DNA from: Coprobacillus sp. CAG:698
GTDB taxonomy: Bacteria; Bacillota_I; Bacilli_A; ML615J-28; CAG-698
Reading direction: 5' to 3'
Length of the DNA: 64,000 bases
NCBI GenBank assembly: GCA_000431235.1
Contig: HF988734.1
Span: 92 to 64,091, forward strand
Part shown: positions 20,524-31,290 of the stretch, piece after piece
Position numbering within the stretch: position 1 is the stretch's first letter
How the letters are laid out: every line of letters starts with the position of its first letter
Notes under the pieces: generated by a model
The model's database searches: none
Seen by the model: the letters and a program-made list of their open reading frames with translations, nothing else
What the model was told of the DNA's origin: nothing
Translations under genes and position numbers: made by a program

Positions 20524-22182
20524 ATGAGAACAAAAATTAAAATGCTTAGTTTGGGATTATTAGTTATGATATTGTTATGTATAATGGTATCTTGTGAGAA
20601 AAAAATCATAAGTAGCGACATAGTAATACTTTATACTAATGATGTTCACTGTAAAATAGATGAAAAAATAGGTTATGCTGGGTTAGCAAGTTATAAAAAC
20701 TATGTAAAAACGAAGACTGATTATGTTACCTTAGTAGATTGTGGAGATGCAATCCAAGGTGATGCAATTGGAACTATCTCTAAGGGTGAACTTATAATAG
20801 ACTTAATGAACGAAGTAGGATATGATTACGCTATATTAGGTAATCATGAATTTGATTATGGAATAGACCAATTATCAAACTTAATAAATAAATCTAAGGC
20901 TACATATTTAGGATGTAATCTTGAGTATAGTGGAACTAAAACAAATAAATTATCAAATGTTAAAAGGTATGAGATAAAAGAATATGATGATAAAAAAGTA
21001 GCATATATAGGCGTAAGTACTCCTGACACATTAGTGTCATCAAATCCGACTAACTTTAAAGAAGACAATGAATTTGTTTATGGATTTTTTGGTGAATCTA
21101 ATGAAAAATTCTATGATAGAGTTCAAGACACAATCGATGAATGCAAAAACAAAGGTGCAGATTATGTTGTTATTTTATCACATTTAGGTGATGAAGTAGG
21201 AGTAAGTGGTATTACATCGATGTCTTTAATTGAAAACACAAAAGGAATAGATGTCTGCTTAGATGCACATAGTCATCACGCTTTCTCAACAAAGCTTATA
21301 GAAAATAAAGATAAAAAGAAAGTATTACTATCACAAACTGGAACACAATTAGATGCTATAGGGCAACTAGTAATAACACATGATGGTTTCCTTACAACAA
21401 GCTTAATAACTGATTATACTGATAAAGATACAAAAGTTAATAATAAGATTGAAGAGGTTAGAAAAACATGCAATGAAATATTAAAAGAAAAAATAGCCAC
21501 AAGTGATATTTCATTATCTATAGCAGATACTGAAGGCGTAAGAATGGTTCGTAACCGTGAAACCACAATTGGCTCATTCTGTGCAGACGCCTATAGACTA
21601 GTTACAGAAGCTGATATAGCATGTGTAAATGGAGGAGGAATTAGAGCAAGTTTGCCTCAAGGTGAAATAACATACGAAGATATAATCGCCATTCATCCAT
21701 TTGGAAATATGATTTGTGTTGTTGAAGCAACAGGGCAAGAGATACTAGATATGTTAGAGGTAGCCTCACGTAACACTGAATTAGTATACAAAAAAGATGG
21801 TCTTGCATATGGTGAAAACGGAGGTTTCTTACAAGTGTCAGGTATAAAATATACAATTGATACAAGTATTAAATCAAGTGTTGTCTTTGATGAAAAAGGA
21901 TTCTTTAAAGAAATAAATGGTAAACGAAGAGTTTGTGATGTTTATGTACTAAGTGGTAACGACTATACTTTAATTGATGTTAATAAAACATACACTTTAG
22001 CATCAAATAATTATATTATTAAAAATGGTGGCGATGGTATTAATATGTTTATGGATAATAAATTAATACAAGATGAGACACTAATTGATAATCAAGTGTT
22101 AATCACATATATACGTGATATATTAGGTGGTAAAGTTGGCGATAAATATTCAACAACACAAAATAGAATAATAATAAAATAA
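20524..22182 (+). CDS. Second 5'-nucleotidase/metallophosphatase lipoprotein, a paralogue of the 3653 gene.
   Basis: Lipobox MVSC. GNHEFDYG and DAHSHH motifs. RBS AAAGAGGT. ATG at 20524, downstream of the listed TTG. Confidence 0.8.
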   Translation: MRTKIKMLSLGLLVMILLCIMVSCEKKIISSDIVILYTNDVHCKIDEKIGYAGLASYKNYVKTKTDYVTLVDCGDAIQGDAIGTISKGELIIDLMNEVGYDYAILGNHEFDYGIDQLSNLINKSKATYLGCNLEYSGTKTNKLSNVKRYEIKEYDDKKVAYIGVSTPDTLVSSNPTNFKEDNEFVYGFFGESNEKFYDRVQDTIDECKNKGADYVVILSHLGDEVGVSGITSMSLIENTKGIDVCLDAHSHHAFSTKLIENKDKKKVLLSQTGTQLDAIGQLVITHDGFLTTSLITDYTDKDTKVNNKIEEVRKTCNEILKEKIATSDISLSIADTEGVRMVRNRETTIGSFCADAYRLVTEADIACVNGGGIRASLPQGEITYEDIIAIHPFGNMICVVEATGQEILDMLEVASRNTELVYKKDGLAYGENGGFLQVSGIKYTIDTSIKSSVVFDEKGFFKEINGKRRVCDVYVLSGNDYTLIDVNKTYTLASNNYIIKNGGDGINMFMDNKLIQDETLIDNQVLITYIRDILGGKVGDKYSTTQNRIIIK

Positions 22183-22190
22183 AGGATTTT

Positions 22191-22228
22191 AAAAGGTTAT
22201 ATAGGTTTTATCTATTAACCTTTTTTAA
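22191..22228 (+). terminator. Terminator hairpin.
   Basis: AAAAGGTT...AACCTTTTTT. Confidence 0.45.
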
Positions 22229-22287
22229 AATAATTGTCACCAATTTATAACATTAAATGTCTTATAGGTAAAAGGAGGCAGAATGTT

Positions 22288-23181
22288 ATGAAGAACATTT
22301 GGGAAAAAATTATCTATTTATTCACAGCTATAGCATGTTTGTTTTCTATTGGATGTAAAGAGGAAAAAGATGAAAAAAGCAAAACTAGCGTAAAACAAGA
22401 AGAAATGAACGAAAAGAATAATCTTGTTATTACAAATGAAAAAGAATTACCAGGTTTAAGGGCTAAAATTTATGGTCAGGACATTGAAAAAGTAAATATC
22501 TTTATGACGCTAGTCTATGAAAATGGTGAAATTGATGACGACGAATTAGTCAGATATCATAAAGAAAATCAAGAGAAAGTGCTTTCGGAAAATGGTTTAG
22601 ATATATATGATGACTATAGAATAAAACAATACTACTCAAATAATGTATATTATAATATTCCATATAGTAATTGGAATGAAAACATAAAGAGTGATTTCGA
22701 AAAAGCAAAACAAAAAATGAAGATTACATATATTTCTAAGTATAACACAATTTATGCAAGTTTACCTAGTAGTAGTAATCTTGAAAAGGTTGATTATAAA
22801 GAACTAAATGTTAAAGAAAATATTAAACCAGGTATTTATTTTACATATGATGAATATGCTAAGGAAAATCAGGCATTTATCGATAAAAATGTATTTGAAG
22901 ATTATAATCTTGTTATAACAAAAACATTATCTGTGCCATATATGAATATTAAAAAAGAAATAAATGAAGTATATATGAATAATAATACTTTAGAAATATG
23001 TGAAAAAACATATGAACCTTTAGTTACAATGTGTGCTGAAAAAACATATAATTATGTTCTTTTAGTTCCTAAGAGATATAATATTAAAGATGTTAAAGTA
23101 AATAGTATTATTAGTTTTGATAAAATCAAAGGTATAAGAGATGCATATTATAAAACCTACACATTGAATGAAAAGAGATAA
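22288..23181 (+). CDS. Lipoprotein of unknown function.
   Basis: RBS AAAGGAGG, then ATG at 22288. Lipobox FSIGC. Confidence 0.6.
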   Translation: MKNIWEKIIYLFTAIACLFSIGCKEEKDEKSKTSVKQEEMNEKNNLVITNEKELPGLRAKIYGQDIEKVNIFMTLVYENGEIDDDELVRYHKENQEKVLSENGLDIYDDYRIKQYYSNNVYYNIPYSNWNENIKSDFEKAKQKMKITYISKYNTIYASLPSSSNLEKVDYKELNVKENIKPGIYFTYDEYAKENQAFIDKNVFEDYNLVITKTLSVPYMNIKKEINEVYMNNNTLEICEKTYEPLVTMCAEKTYNYVLLVPKRYNIKDVKVNSIISFDKIKGIRDAYYKTYTLNEKR

Positions 23182-23241
23182 AGTGAAATGGTTATGTAGA
23201 TAAATGCATAACCTTATAAATTATATAAGGAGGATATTTAA

Positions 23242-24474
23242 ATGAAAAAATTAGGAAAGATTATGAGCCTATACTTACTGCTTGCCTTGTTTGTTGGTTT
23301 ATTTGCTTGTTCTGATAGATTATTTACTGAAAGAAAAATAATGTCTAGTGAACTTACAAGTAATGTCCAAACAAGAGAAATTAAGGTTAAGGATATAGAT
23401 ATAACTTTCGAAAATATTTACAGCGAATTTGCTGTGAAGATGATGAAAGAGTTATATGAAGAAGAAAATACTTGTATATCTCCACTTTCAATAGCTGCTG
23501 CTTTTGGTATGGTTACAAATGGCGCAAATGGAAAAACAAAAGATGAATTGGAGTCATTACTAGGAACTGATGTCCAAACATTTAATTCTTATTTTGCATC
23601 ATTAATGAGTAAAAATGGAAAAAGTAAGAAATTATATCTAGCAAATTCGATATGGAGTCGAAAAGATGAAGTAACAGTCAAAGATGAATTTTTAGATATT
23701 GTTAAGAATAATTATCATGCTCAAGTTTATTCATCAGAATTTGATGATAATACAGTAAAAGATATCAATAATTGGGTTTATAACAATACACGAGGTGGTA
23801 TTGGCAATATAATCGAAAAAATTGAACCTTATGAAATACTTTTCTTAATTAATGCTCTTGATTTTGAGTCAGAATGGAAAGAAAAATTTGAGAAGAATGA
23901 AATCGTAAATAAAACATTCCATGGATTACAAAGTGAAAAAGAAGTTTCTATGATGTTCGCTACAGAACATACTTATATTGAGTCTAAAAATGCCAAAGGA
24001 TTTATAAAATCATATGCAGATGAGGATTATAAATTTGCTGCTCTACTTCCAAACGAAGATATATCAATCAAAGAATATATGAATTCTCTTACTGGCGAAG
24101 AACTCAATAAAATATTAGCAAATGCACAAAAAGAGTCTATTAGAATAGGCCTACCTAAATTTGATTTTGAAAACACATTTGATATGAAACCAACTCTAAA
24201 GAAACTAGGAGTAAATGAAGCATTTGAAGAATATGGTGATTTCACTAATCTTGGAACTAGTAAAAATGGAATTATGTATATAGGAAGCGTTATTCATAAA
24301 ACACACATTTCAGTAGATGAGATGAAAACAAAAGCAAGTGCGGTAACAAGTATTGGGATGACAAATGATTCAGCAGTAATGTTAAAACCAATTATTCTTG
24401 ATAAACCATTTATCTATATGATACTTGATAAAAATAATTTACCTATATTTATTGGTGCAATTGTAAACTTTTAA
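23242..24474 (+). CDS. Serpin-family (serine protease inhibitor) lipoprotein.
   Basis: Lipobox LFAC. Serpin-like core, with a hinge/reactive-centre-loop region (…KASAVTSIGMT…) and a C-terminal PIFIGAIVNF-type motif. RBS AAGGAGG. Confidence 0.65.
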   Translation: MKKLGKIMSLYLLLALFVGLFACSDRLFTERKIMSSELTSNVQTREIKVKDIDITFENIYSEFAVKMMKELYEEENTCISPLSIAAAFGMVTNGANGKTKDELESLLGTDVQTFNSYFASLMSKNGKSKKLYLANSIWSRKDEVTVKDEFLDIVKNNYHAQVYSSEFDDNTVKDINNWVYNNTRGGIGNIIEKIEPYEILFLINALDFESEWKEKFEKNEIVNKTFHGLQSEKEVSMMFATEHTYIESKNAKGFIKSYADEDYKFAALLPNEDISIKEYMNSLTGEELNKILANAQKESIRIGLPKFDFENTFDMKPTLKKLGVNEAFEEYGDFTNLGTSKNGIMYIGSVIHKTHISVDEMKTKASAVTSIGMTNDSAVMLKPIILDKPFIYMILDKNNLPIFIGAIVNF

Positions 24475-24624
24475 ATGATTGTTTTATATAAAATCTATAT
24501 TTTATATTTTAAACCTTATAATTAAGCAAAAATTACAATTAGTTGTTGAAATATCTTCTTTGTTATTATACAATATAGGCATGATAGTGCATTTTAAATT
24601 ATATGGAACAATGGAGGTAATGAA

Positions 24625-25053
24625 ATGAAAAAAATAGCTATAGTTGTAATTTATGTATTTTTGGCAATTATACTATGCTCATGTAAAAGAAATCTAAATA
24701 TTGAAAAAGGAATGAGTTATAGTGAATTTATGGAACAAACAAAAGGTTTATCATTATTTCAATTTGGTAAGTATGCTTGCTATGAAGAAAATAATGCTAA
24801 CTTGGTTATAGAATTTGGAGAGAATGATGATAATAATTCTATAATTGTAAATTATCAAAGATTTCCAAAAAGAAAAGTGTCTTTAAAAGATAAAGATAAA
24901 ATAAAAAAGGGTATGACAATTTATGAAGTTGTGGAAATATTAGGTACACCTAGTGGAATAGTAACTTCTGGGCTAATTGTAGTAGCTTTTCCAATAAGTT
25001 ATAAAGATATGATTACGGTTCAATTTAACGATAATTTAGTAGTAATTGGTTAA
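24625..25053 (+). CDS. Small lipoprotein of unknown function.
   Basis: Lipobox ILCSC. RBS GGAGGT. Confidence 0.55.
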   Translation: MKKIAIVVIYVFLAIILCSCKRNLNIEKGMSYSEFMEQTKGLSLFQFGKYACYEENNANLVIEFGENDDNNSIIVNYQRFPKRKVSLKDKDKIKKGMTIYEVVEILGTPSGIVTSGLIVVAFPISYKDMITVQFNDNLVVIG

Positions 25054-25084
25054 ATTATAAAGTTAAGTTATTGTAAATACTATT

Positions 25085-25131
25085 GAGTTAGTAAAACACA
25101 AGTGCGTAGTTTCACTAACTCTTTTATTTTT
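25085..25131 (+). terminator. Terminator.
   Basis: GAGTTAGTAAAAC...GTTTCACTAACTC then TTTTATTTTT. Confidence 0.5.
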
Positions 25132-25265
25132 CAAATAAAAAAAGTTAAAATAGATGATAAAGTTTTAGACATAATTTGGAATATAGTCATGAAAAATTAA
25201 CTTAATCAAAAAATCTCTTTATTTTTTTTAATAAATGTGAGATAATTAATAATAAGGTGAAAATT

Positions 25266-25898
25266 ATGAGTATAAAGTTTATAACAATCGAAGGTGGAGA
25301 AGGATCTGGTAAAACTAGTATTATCAAATTACTTCTCGAAGATTTGAAAAAAGAAAATATTGATGCTATCTCAACAAGAGAACCCGGAGGTAGTAAAATA
25401 GCTGAACAGATACGTAATGTGATTCTTAATGTTGATAATGTTAATATGGATTATATGACTGAAGCTTTACTATATGCTGCAAGTCGTCGCCAACACTTAG
25501 AAGAAGTTGTAAAACCAGCTATTGATGATGGTAAACTTGTAATATGTGATAGATATATTGATTCTTCGCTTGCTTATCAAGGTTATGCTAGAAATTTGGG
25601 AATAGATAATGTCTATAATATTAATATGTATGCTACAAATGGATTTCTTCCAGACCTTACAATTCTAATAGATATACCTCCTGAGGTGGGGTTAGAACGA
25701 ATAAAAAAGAATAGTCGTGAAGTTGATCGTTTAGATTTAGAAAAAATGTCCTTTCATAAAAAAGTACATGAAGGATACTTACTAGTTTCTAAAAAGTTCC
25801 CATCAAGAATTGTTATTGTAGATGGAAATAAACCTTTAGATGATGTATATAAAGATGTTAAGAAAATTATTGAAGAAAGGCTTAAATTAAGGAGTTAA
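25266..25898 (+). CDS. tmk: Thymidylate kinase.
   Basis: IEGGEGSGKT P-loop and DRY motif. Start at the ATG after AAGGTGA. Confidence 0.9.
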   Translation: MSIKFITIEGGEGSGKTSIIKLLLEDLKKENIDAISTREPGGSKIAEQIRNVILNVDNVNMDYMTEALLYAASRRQHLEEVVKPAIDDGKLVICDRYIDSSLAYQGYARNLGIDNVYNINMYATNGFLPDLTILIDIPPEVGLERIKKNSREVDRLDLEKMSFHKKVHEGYLLVSKKFPSRIVIVDGNKPLDDVYKDVKKIIEERLKLRS

Positions 25899-25899
25899 T

Positions 25900-26901
25900 A
25901 TGGATTATAGTTTTTTATTAAAAACCCAAAGCAAAATTGTTAAGCTTTTTAATAATGGACTTAAAAAAGACAGATTAGCCCAGGTATACCTAATAGAAGG
26001 AATACAAGGAACTCCTAAAATGCAAGCAGCAATGTATCTTGCTAATATGATACTATGTGATACTCATGATTTCTGTGGGAAGTGCATTAATTGTAAACGT
26101 ATTGAAGAAGGCGTTCATCCTCGTCTTTTCACACTTGAACCAATAAAAGCTGAAGGTGCAAGTGCAAGTATCAAAAAAGAACAAATAGATGCTCTAGAAG
26201 AAGAATTCTCATATAGTGGACTAGAAAAAGGACCACGAGTATTTATCATAAATGATATTGAAAAAGCAACATTGAGTGCTGAAAATAGTTTGCTTAAGTT
26301 TCTTGAGGAGATGAAAGAAAACTGTTACGGAGTTTTAATAACTTCAAATTTAAGCCAAGTATTAGAGACTATTAAATCGAGATGCCAAGTTGTTACTCTT
26401 GAAAGAATAAATAAAAATGTTTTAAAAGAAGCATATTTGAGTAAAGGAACAAATGAAGAATTAGCTCGTATATTATGTACACTAACAAATAATGTTAAAG
26501 AAGGATTAACATTTTTAGAAGATGAAACAATTAATAAAATAATTTCTTTAGTCAGAAGTATTAATAGAACATTTTATAATAACGATGTTTCTGAGCTAAC
26601 TATGAATGACGAAGGTAAGTTTTTATTACAAGCACAAGATAAGAAATATCATCAAATATTTTTAGATTTGTTAATTACAATAACAAATGATGCTATTTAC
26701 TATTTGCTTGGGGAAAAAGATAATATCGTTTTTGTTAATACGATTGAAGAACTTATGGAATACGATGTCGATAAAAGTAAGGTAGATTATAAAAATATAT
26801 CTAAGCGAATGGATATATTATTAGAGTGCCGTAGAAAAATAGAATACAATGTAAACATAGAATTATTGTATATGGATATGTTTATTAGATGTAATAAATA
26901 A
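25900..26901 (+). CDS. holB: DNA polymerase III delta-prime subunit.
   Basis: AAA+ clamp-loader fold with a zinc module CGKCINC. Position after tmk matches Bacillus synteny. Confidence 0.8.
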   Translation: MDYSFLLKTQSKIVKLFNNGLKKDRLAQVYLIEGIQGTPKMQAAMYLANMILCDTHDFCGKCINCKRIEEGVHPRLFTLEPIKAEGASASIKKEQIDALEEEFSYSGLEKGPRVFIINDIEKATLSAENSLLKFLEEMKENCYGVLITSNLSQVLETIKSRCQVVTLERINKNVLKEAYLSKGTNEELARILCTLTNNVKEGLTFLEDETINKIISLVRSINRTFYNNDVSELTMNDEGKFLLQAQDKKYHQIFLDLLITITNDAIYYLLGEKDNIVFVNTIEELMEYDVDKSKVDYKNISKRMDILLECRRKIEYNVNIELLYMDMFIRCNK

Positions 26902-26915
26902 ATGTGAGGTTAAAA

Positions 26916-27773
26916 ATGGCAAAAGTTGTAGGTATAGTGTTTAAAGATATTGGAAAAATATATTGGTTTAAACCAGAACCATATAGTCCTCAAAAAGGGG
27001 ACAAAGTCGTAGTTGAGACAGTAAGAGGCTTAGAACTTGGTTTCGTTGAGACAGATGTAAAAGAAATACCTGATGAAGAATTAGAACATGAACTTAAACC
27101 AATAGTTCGTATGGCTAATAAATATGATATTAAAAACTATCTCAGCAATCTTGAAAAAGCTGAAAAAGATTTTGAAGCTTGTAAGAAAATTGTTAGCAAT
27201 AGAAAATTAGATATGAAATTATTATATTGTGAGTACACATTAGATAAACAAAAAATAATTATCTATTATAATGCTGAAGGTAGAGTAGACTTCCGAGAAT
27301 TATTAAAAGACTTAGCAAGTGAATTTAGAGTACGTATAGAGCTAAGACAAATAGGACCTCGTGAAGGTGCTAAGATAATCGGAGGAATTGGTCCTTGTGG
27401 CAGAGAAATATGTTGTAAACAACACTTACGAGAATTTGATTTAGTTACAATGAAAATGGCAAAGGATCAAAATATGAGTTTAAGTGCTTCAAAGATAGCT
27501 GGACTATGTGGAAAGTTAATGTGCTGCATAGGCTATGAGAACGAAACTTACTGTGAAATACGAAAGCGCATCCCTCTTACCGGCGATATCGTTAATACTC
27601 CTAATGCGAAGAATTGTAAAGTCGTTGGCGTTGATATTTTAGCTGAACGAATAAAAGTAATGGATAAAGACGAAGTTGTAACAGAGTGGAATGCTAAAGA
27701 TGTTATAAAAATAAAAGGTCATAAAGAAGAAATTTCTGCAAAAGACCTTACTGATGATGTTGAAGATGATTAA
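26916..27773 (+). CDS. yaaT: PSP1 domain protein (stage 0 sporulation protein YaaT / RicT).
   Basis: PSP1 C-terminal domain; Cys cluster GPCGREICCKQHL...CGKLMCC. Confidence 0.8.
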   Translation: MAKVVGIVFKDIGKIYWFKPEPYSPQKGDKVVVETVRGLELGFVETDVKEIPDEELEHELKPIVRMANKYDIKNYLSNLEKAEKDFEACKKIVSNRKLDMKLLYCEYTLDKQKIIIYYNAEGRVDFRELLKDLASEFRVRIELRQIGPREGAKIIGGIGPCGREICCKQHLREFDLVTMKMAKDQNMSLSASKIAGLCGKLMCCIGYENETYCEIRKRIPLTGDIVNTPNAKNCKVVGVDILAERIKVMDKDEVVTEWNAKDVIKIKGHKEEISAKDLTDDVEDD

Positions 27774-28506
27774 TAATGGTGAAAAGATTCATGAATTATT
27801 AGGTTATGAAAATATCAAAATAATTCAAAAAGATGATGTATTTAGTTTTTCGCTTGACTCAATGCTTCTTGCAAACTTCATTGACGCAAATAAAGCTCAA
27901 AAGATAATTGATTTAGGTACGGGTAATGCTCCTATTCCTCTATTTTTAACTCTTAAGACTAATGCCAAAATATATGGAATAGAAATTCAAGAAGAACCTT
28001 TTGACCTGGCTCAAAGAAGTGTTGAACTAAATCATTTAGAAAATCAAATAACAATTATTAAGGATGATTTAAAAGGTATTTATAAAAAATTAGGAGCAAA
28101 CACGTTTGATATAGTTTGCTCTAATCCACCATATTTCAAAGTATCAGATACAAGTATTATCAATAAAAATGATACTCTAACAATTGCTCGTCATGAAGTA
28201 AAGGCTAATGTAAATGATATTATCGAAGAAGCAAGTAAACTACTTGTTGATGGAGGCAAATTATATATCATACATAGAATTGAGCGAATGCCGGAAATAA
28301 TAAAATTATTAGATAACAAAAACTTTGGAATCAAAAGAATGCAACTTATATATCCAAAGGAAGATGGTAATGCATATATGTTTATCATTGAAAGTAAAAA
28401 AAACAAAAAAACAGATTTAAAGATTATCAAACCATTAGTTGTACATAATAATGGTAGATATACAGATGAAGTATTAAAAATATTTAATTTTAAAAAAACT
28501 TGTTAG
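27754..28506 (+). CDS. Class I SAM-dependent methyltransferase (YabB/TrmN6-like tRNA m6A methyltransferase).
   Basis: DLGTGNA and NPPYF motifs. Position matches B. subtilis yabB. Confidence 0.7.
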   Translation: MMLKMINNGEKIHELLGYENIKIIQKDDVFSFSLDSMLLANFIDANKAQKIIDLGTGNAPIPLFLTLKTNAKIYGIEIQEEPFDLAQRSVELNHLENQITIIKDDLKGIYKKLGANTFDIVCSNPPYFKVSDTSIINKNDTLTIARHEVKANVNDIIEEASKLLVDGGKLYIIHRIERMPEIIKLLDNKNFGIKRMQLIYPKEDGNAYMFIIESKKNKKTDLKIIKPLVVHNNGRYTDEVLKIFNFKKTC

Positions 28507-28519
28507 AAGGAGGACTTAT

Positions 28520-28924
28520 ATGTTATTGAATTTATTATCAAAAGAAGAAAAGTACTATTTTTTAGATCTTTTAACTAAGGTATTTACTGCTGATGGAGAA
28601 GTAACAGACTTTGAAAAACGAATTCTTCAAATTTATAAAACAGAAATGGGTGATGATATAAATAAACATCGTCATAGTAACTTGCCATTTGAAAAACTTG
28701 TTGAGTATTTTGCATCAAAACCAAAGACAACAAAAAACATTGTTTATTATAACATCGTTTTTGTTTCACTTTCCGATGAATTTTATTCTGTTGAGGTTCA
28801 TGAAATACTTGATCAAATACAACATGAATTATTAATAACAAATAAGAAAAAGATTGAATTGCTTAAAGCAATTTATGCTGAAAAAGACTTAAGAGAAAAA
28901 GTAAAAAGGCTTGTATTTGAATGA
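28520..28924 (+). CDS. Hypothetical 134-aa protein.
   Basis: Compact ORF with RBS GAAGGAGG, in an operon with rsmI. Confidence 0.5.
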   Translation: MLLNLLSKEEKYYFLDLLTKVFTADGEVTDFEKRILQIYKTEMGDDINKHRHSNLPFEKLVEYFASKPKTTKNIVYYNIVFVSLSDEFYSVEVHEILDQIQHELLITNKKKIELLKAIYAEKDLREKVKRLVFE

Positions 28925-29748
28925 TAAACTTATACTTAGTTCCTACTCCAATAGGTAACATCTCTGATATGACATTTCGGAGTATTGAAGTTTTAAATAG
29001 TGTAGATACTATTTATTCGGAAGATACAAGAAATACTAAAGTGCTTTTAGCACATTATGATATAAAAAAACCTTTGAAAAGCTATCATAAATTTAATGAA
29101 GATGAAAGATCAAAAGAAATAATTGAAGAACTAAAACAAGGAAAAACGGCAGCAATTGTCAGTGACGCTGGATATCCTGGAATTAGTGACCCTGGGTATT
29201 TAATTGCTAAGAGAGCAATAGACGAAGGTTTATGTGTCTCTACAATTCCTGGGGCAACGGCTTCTCTAACGGCCTTGGTAACATCAGGACTTCCTTGTGA
29301 TCGCTTTTACTTCTATGGATTTCTTCAACATACAATTAGTCAAAAGAAAAAAGAATTAACTAATTTAATAGATTTTAAAGATACACTTATATTTTATGAA
29401 TCACCACATCGAATAAATGAAACATTGAAAGTGATTAATGAAGTAATGGGTAATAGAAGAATAGTAATTGCTAGAGAACTTACTAAAAAGTATGAAGAGT
29501 ATATTCGTGGGAGTGTTCAAGAGTTAATCAATATGAATTTAGAATTAAAAGGAGAACTTGTTATAATATTAGAAGGCAGTAAAAAAGAAGCCTTAAAAGT
29601 AAACCTTTCAAATCTAAAAGTTGAAGAACACTACAACTATTATTTAAACCAAGGAATCGATTCTAAGACTGCTCTAAAAATGGTAGCTAAAGATAGAGGA
29701 GTTGGTAAAAGTGAAATATATGGTTTATTATTTACGAAAAAGGAGTGA
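28921..29748 (+). CDS. rsmI: 16S rRNA (cytidine1402-2'-O)-methyltransferase.
   Basis: The N-terminus LYLVPTPIGN is the hallmark of RsmI. Confidence 0.9.
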   Translation: MINLYLVPTPIGNISDMTFRSIEVLNSVDTIYSEDTRNTKVLLAHYDIKKPLKSYHKFNEDERSKEIIEELKQGKTAAIVSDAGYPGISDPGYLIAKRAIDEGLCVSTIPGATASLTALVTSGLPCDRFYFYGFLQHTISQKKKELTNLIDFKDTLIFYESPHRINETLKVINEVMGNRRIVIARELTKKYEEYIRGSVQELINMNLELKGELVIILEGSKKEALKVNLSNLKVEEHYNYYLNQGIDSKTALKMVAKDRGVGKSEIYGLLFTKKE

Positions 29749-29754
29749 AATTTA

Positions 29755-30288
29755 ATGGATATCAAAGGAACAAAAACTGAAAAAAACTTAATGGAAGCAT
29801 TTGCTGGTGAATCTCAAGCACGAAATAAGTATAACTATTTTGCAAGTGTTGCCAAAAAGGAAGGATACGAGCAAATAGCAAGTATCTTTGAGGAAACTGC
29901 AAATAACGAAAAAGAACATGCAAAAATGTGGTTTAAGGAATTAAAAGGTATAGGAACAACAAAAGAAAATCTATTACATGCTGCCTTAGGCGAAAATTAT
30001 GAATGGACAGAAATGTATGAAAAGTTTGCTGAAGAAGCCGAAGAAGAAGGATTTATTGAACTTGCTAATAAATTTAGAAAAGTTGCCGCAATAGAAAAAA
30101 AACATGAAGAAAGATATCGTAAGCTTTTAAAAAATATTGAGATGCAACAAGTGTTTGAAAAATCAGAAATTACAATGTGGGAATGCCGTAATTGTGGACA
30201 TATAGTTGTCGGCAAAAAAGCACCAGAAGTATGTCCTGTATGTAACCATCCACAAAGTTATTTCGAAGTAAGAAAAGAAAATTATTAA
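29755..30288 (+). CDS. rbr: Rubrerythrin.
   Basis: Di-iron four-helix motifs (E..H), plus a C-terminal rubredoxin-like CRNCG...CPVCNHP. Confidence 0.85.
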   Translation: MDIKGTKTEKNLMEAFAGESQARNKYNYFASVAKKEGYEQIASIFEETANNEKEHAKMWFKELKGIGTTKENLLHAALGENYEWTEMYEKFAEEAEEEGFIELANKFRKVAAIEKKHEERYRKLLKNIEMQQVFEKSEITMWECRNCGHIVVGKKAPEVCPVCNHPQSYFEVRKENY

Positions 30289-30335
30289 TAAGTTCATAGT
30301 ATTTATGAACTTTTAATATACAAATGAGGCAATTC

Positions 30336-30895
30336 ATGAGAAAAAATTTAGGTGTAAACCATGGTTTTATCCATTACCAGTTTTAATAATTGGAACATAT
30401 GATGAAAACGAAATTCCAAATGCAATGAATGCAGCATATGGTGGATTGTACGATGCTGATATGGTTGAATTTAATATTGGCCACAACAAAAAAACATTCA
30501 AAAATATTCAATTAACAAAAGAATTCACAGTTAGTTTTGCTGATGTAGATAATGTTGTAGCTAGTGATTATGTTGGCTTAGTATCTGGTAATGAAGAAAC
30601 AAAAAAGATCGAAAAGTCAGGTTGGACAGTAGTTAAAGCAGAACATGTGAATGCTCCTATATTTGAAGAACTTCCTGTTACTTGGGAGTGCAAATTAGTC
30701 CGAATAACTGAAGAAGGTAATGTTATTGGAAAGTTAGTAAATGTGAGCGTAAACGATAGAGTTCTTGATGAAAAAGATAAAATATCAATGGATAAATTCA
30801 AACCATTAGTTTTCGATCATGTTTCTGGTGATTATTTAAAGGTAGATGGTGTTGTAGGTAAAGCATTTGAAGTAGGAAAGAAACTAATTAAATAA
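30336..30895 (+). CDS. Flavin reductase-like domain protein with an apparent frameshift in codon 8. Either pseudogenised or an assembly error.
   Basis: ATG at 30336 with RBS TGAGG encodes MRKNLGV in frame 0. The conserved N-terminus KPWFYPLPVLIIGTYDENEIPNAM is in frame +2 from 30359 and is continuous with the ORF at 30425-30895. The likely cause is one missing A in the AAA run at 30356-30358. Confidence 0.6.
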
Positions 30896-30907
30896 TAAGC
30901 AAATAAA

Positions 30908-30950
30908 AAATGGTCAACTGATACATATTCATAGTTGACCATTTATTTAC
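30908..30950 (+). terminator. Strong intrinsic terminator.
   Basis: Perfect 10-bp stem ATGGTCAACT/AGTTGACCAT followed by TTATTT. Confidence 0.65.
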
Positions 30951-31181
30951 TAGGGAAATTCATTTTATCTAAAATTTTAGTTAAATAATTCTTGCTTTAT
31001 AAAAAGATATATGGTAAAATATGGTTGTAATAATTAATAATACACTATAAAAAACACCTTAAACACGTAATAATATCCGCAGCAATATACGTAGCACAAT
31101 CTATACTCTTTTTAGGTAAAGGGTTTTTTTGCGTATTTGTTGATTATTAATTAATAGAATATTATACGAGGAGGAGTTAAA

Positions 31182-31241
31182 ATGAAACTTTATTTATTTT
31201 TGAAAAGAATTATCAAAGAGTCTTTTGGATTAGTGTATTAG
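31182..31241 (+). CDS. 19-codon small ORF with a very strong RBS, lying in a 395-nt intergenic region. It could be a leader peptide or a small protein.
   Basis: ACGAGGAGGAG, 7 nt, then ATG. Encodes MKLYLFLKRIIKESFGLVY. Confidence 0.3.
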   Translation: MKLYLFLKRIIKESFGLVY

Positions 31242-31290
31242 CTATTAATATACTAATCATAAAAACAAATAAAAAGAAAGGAAAGAAAAT

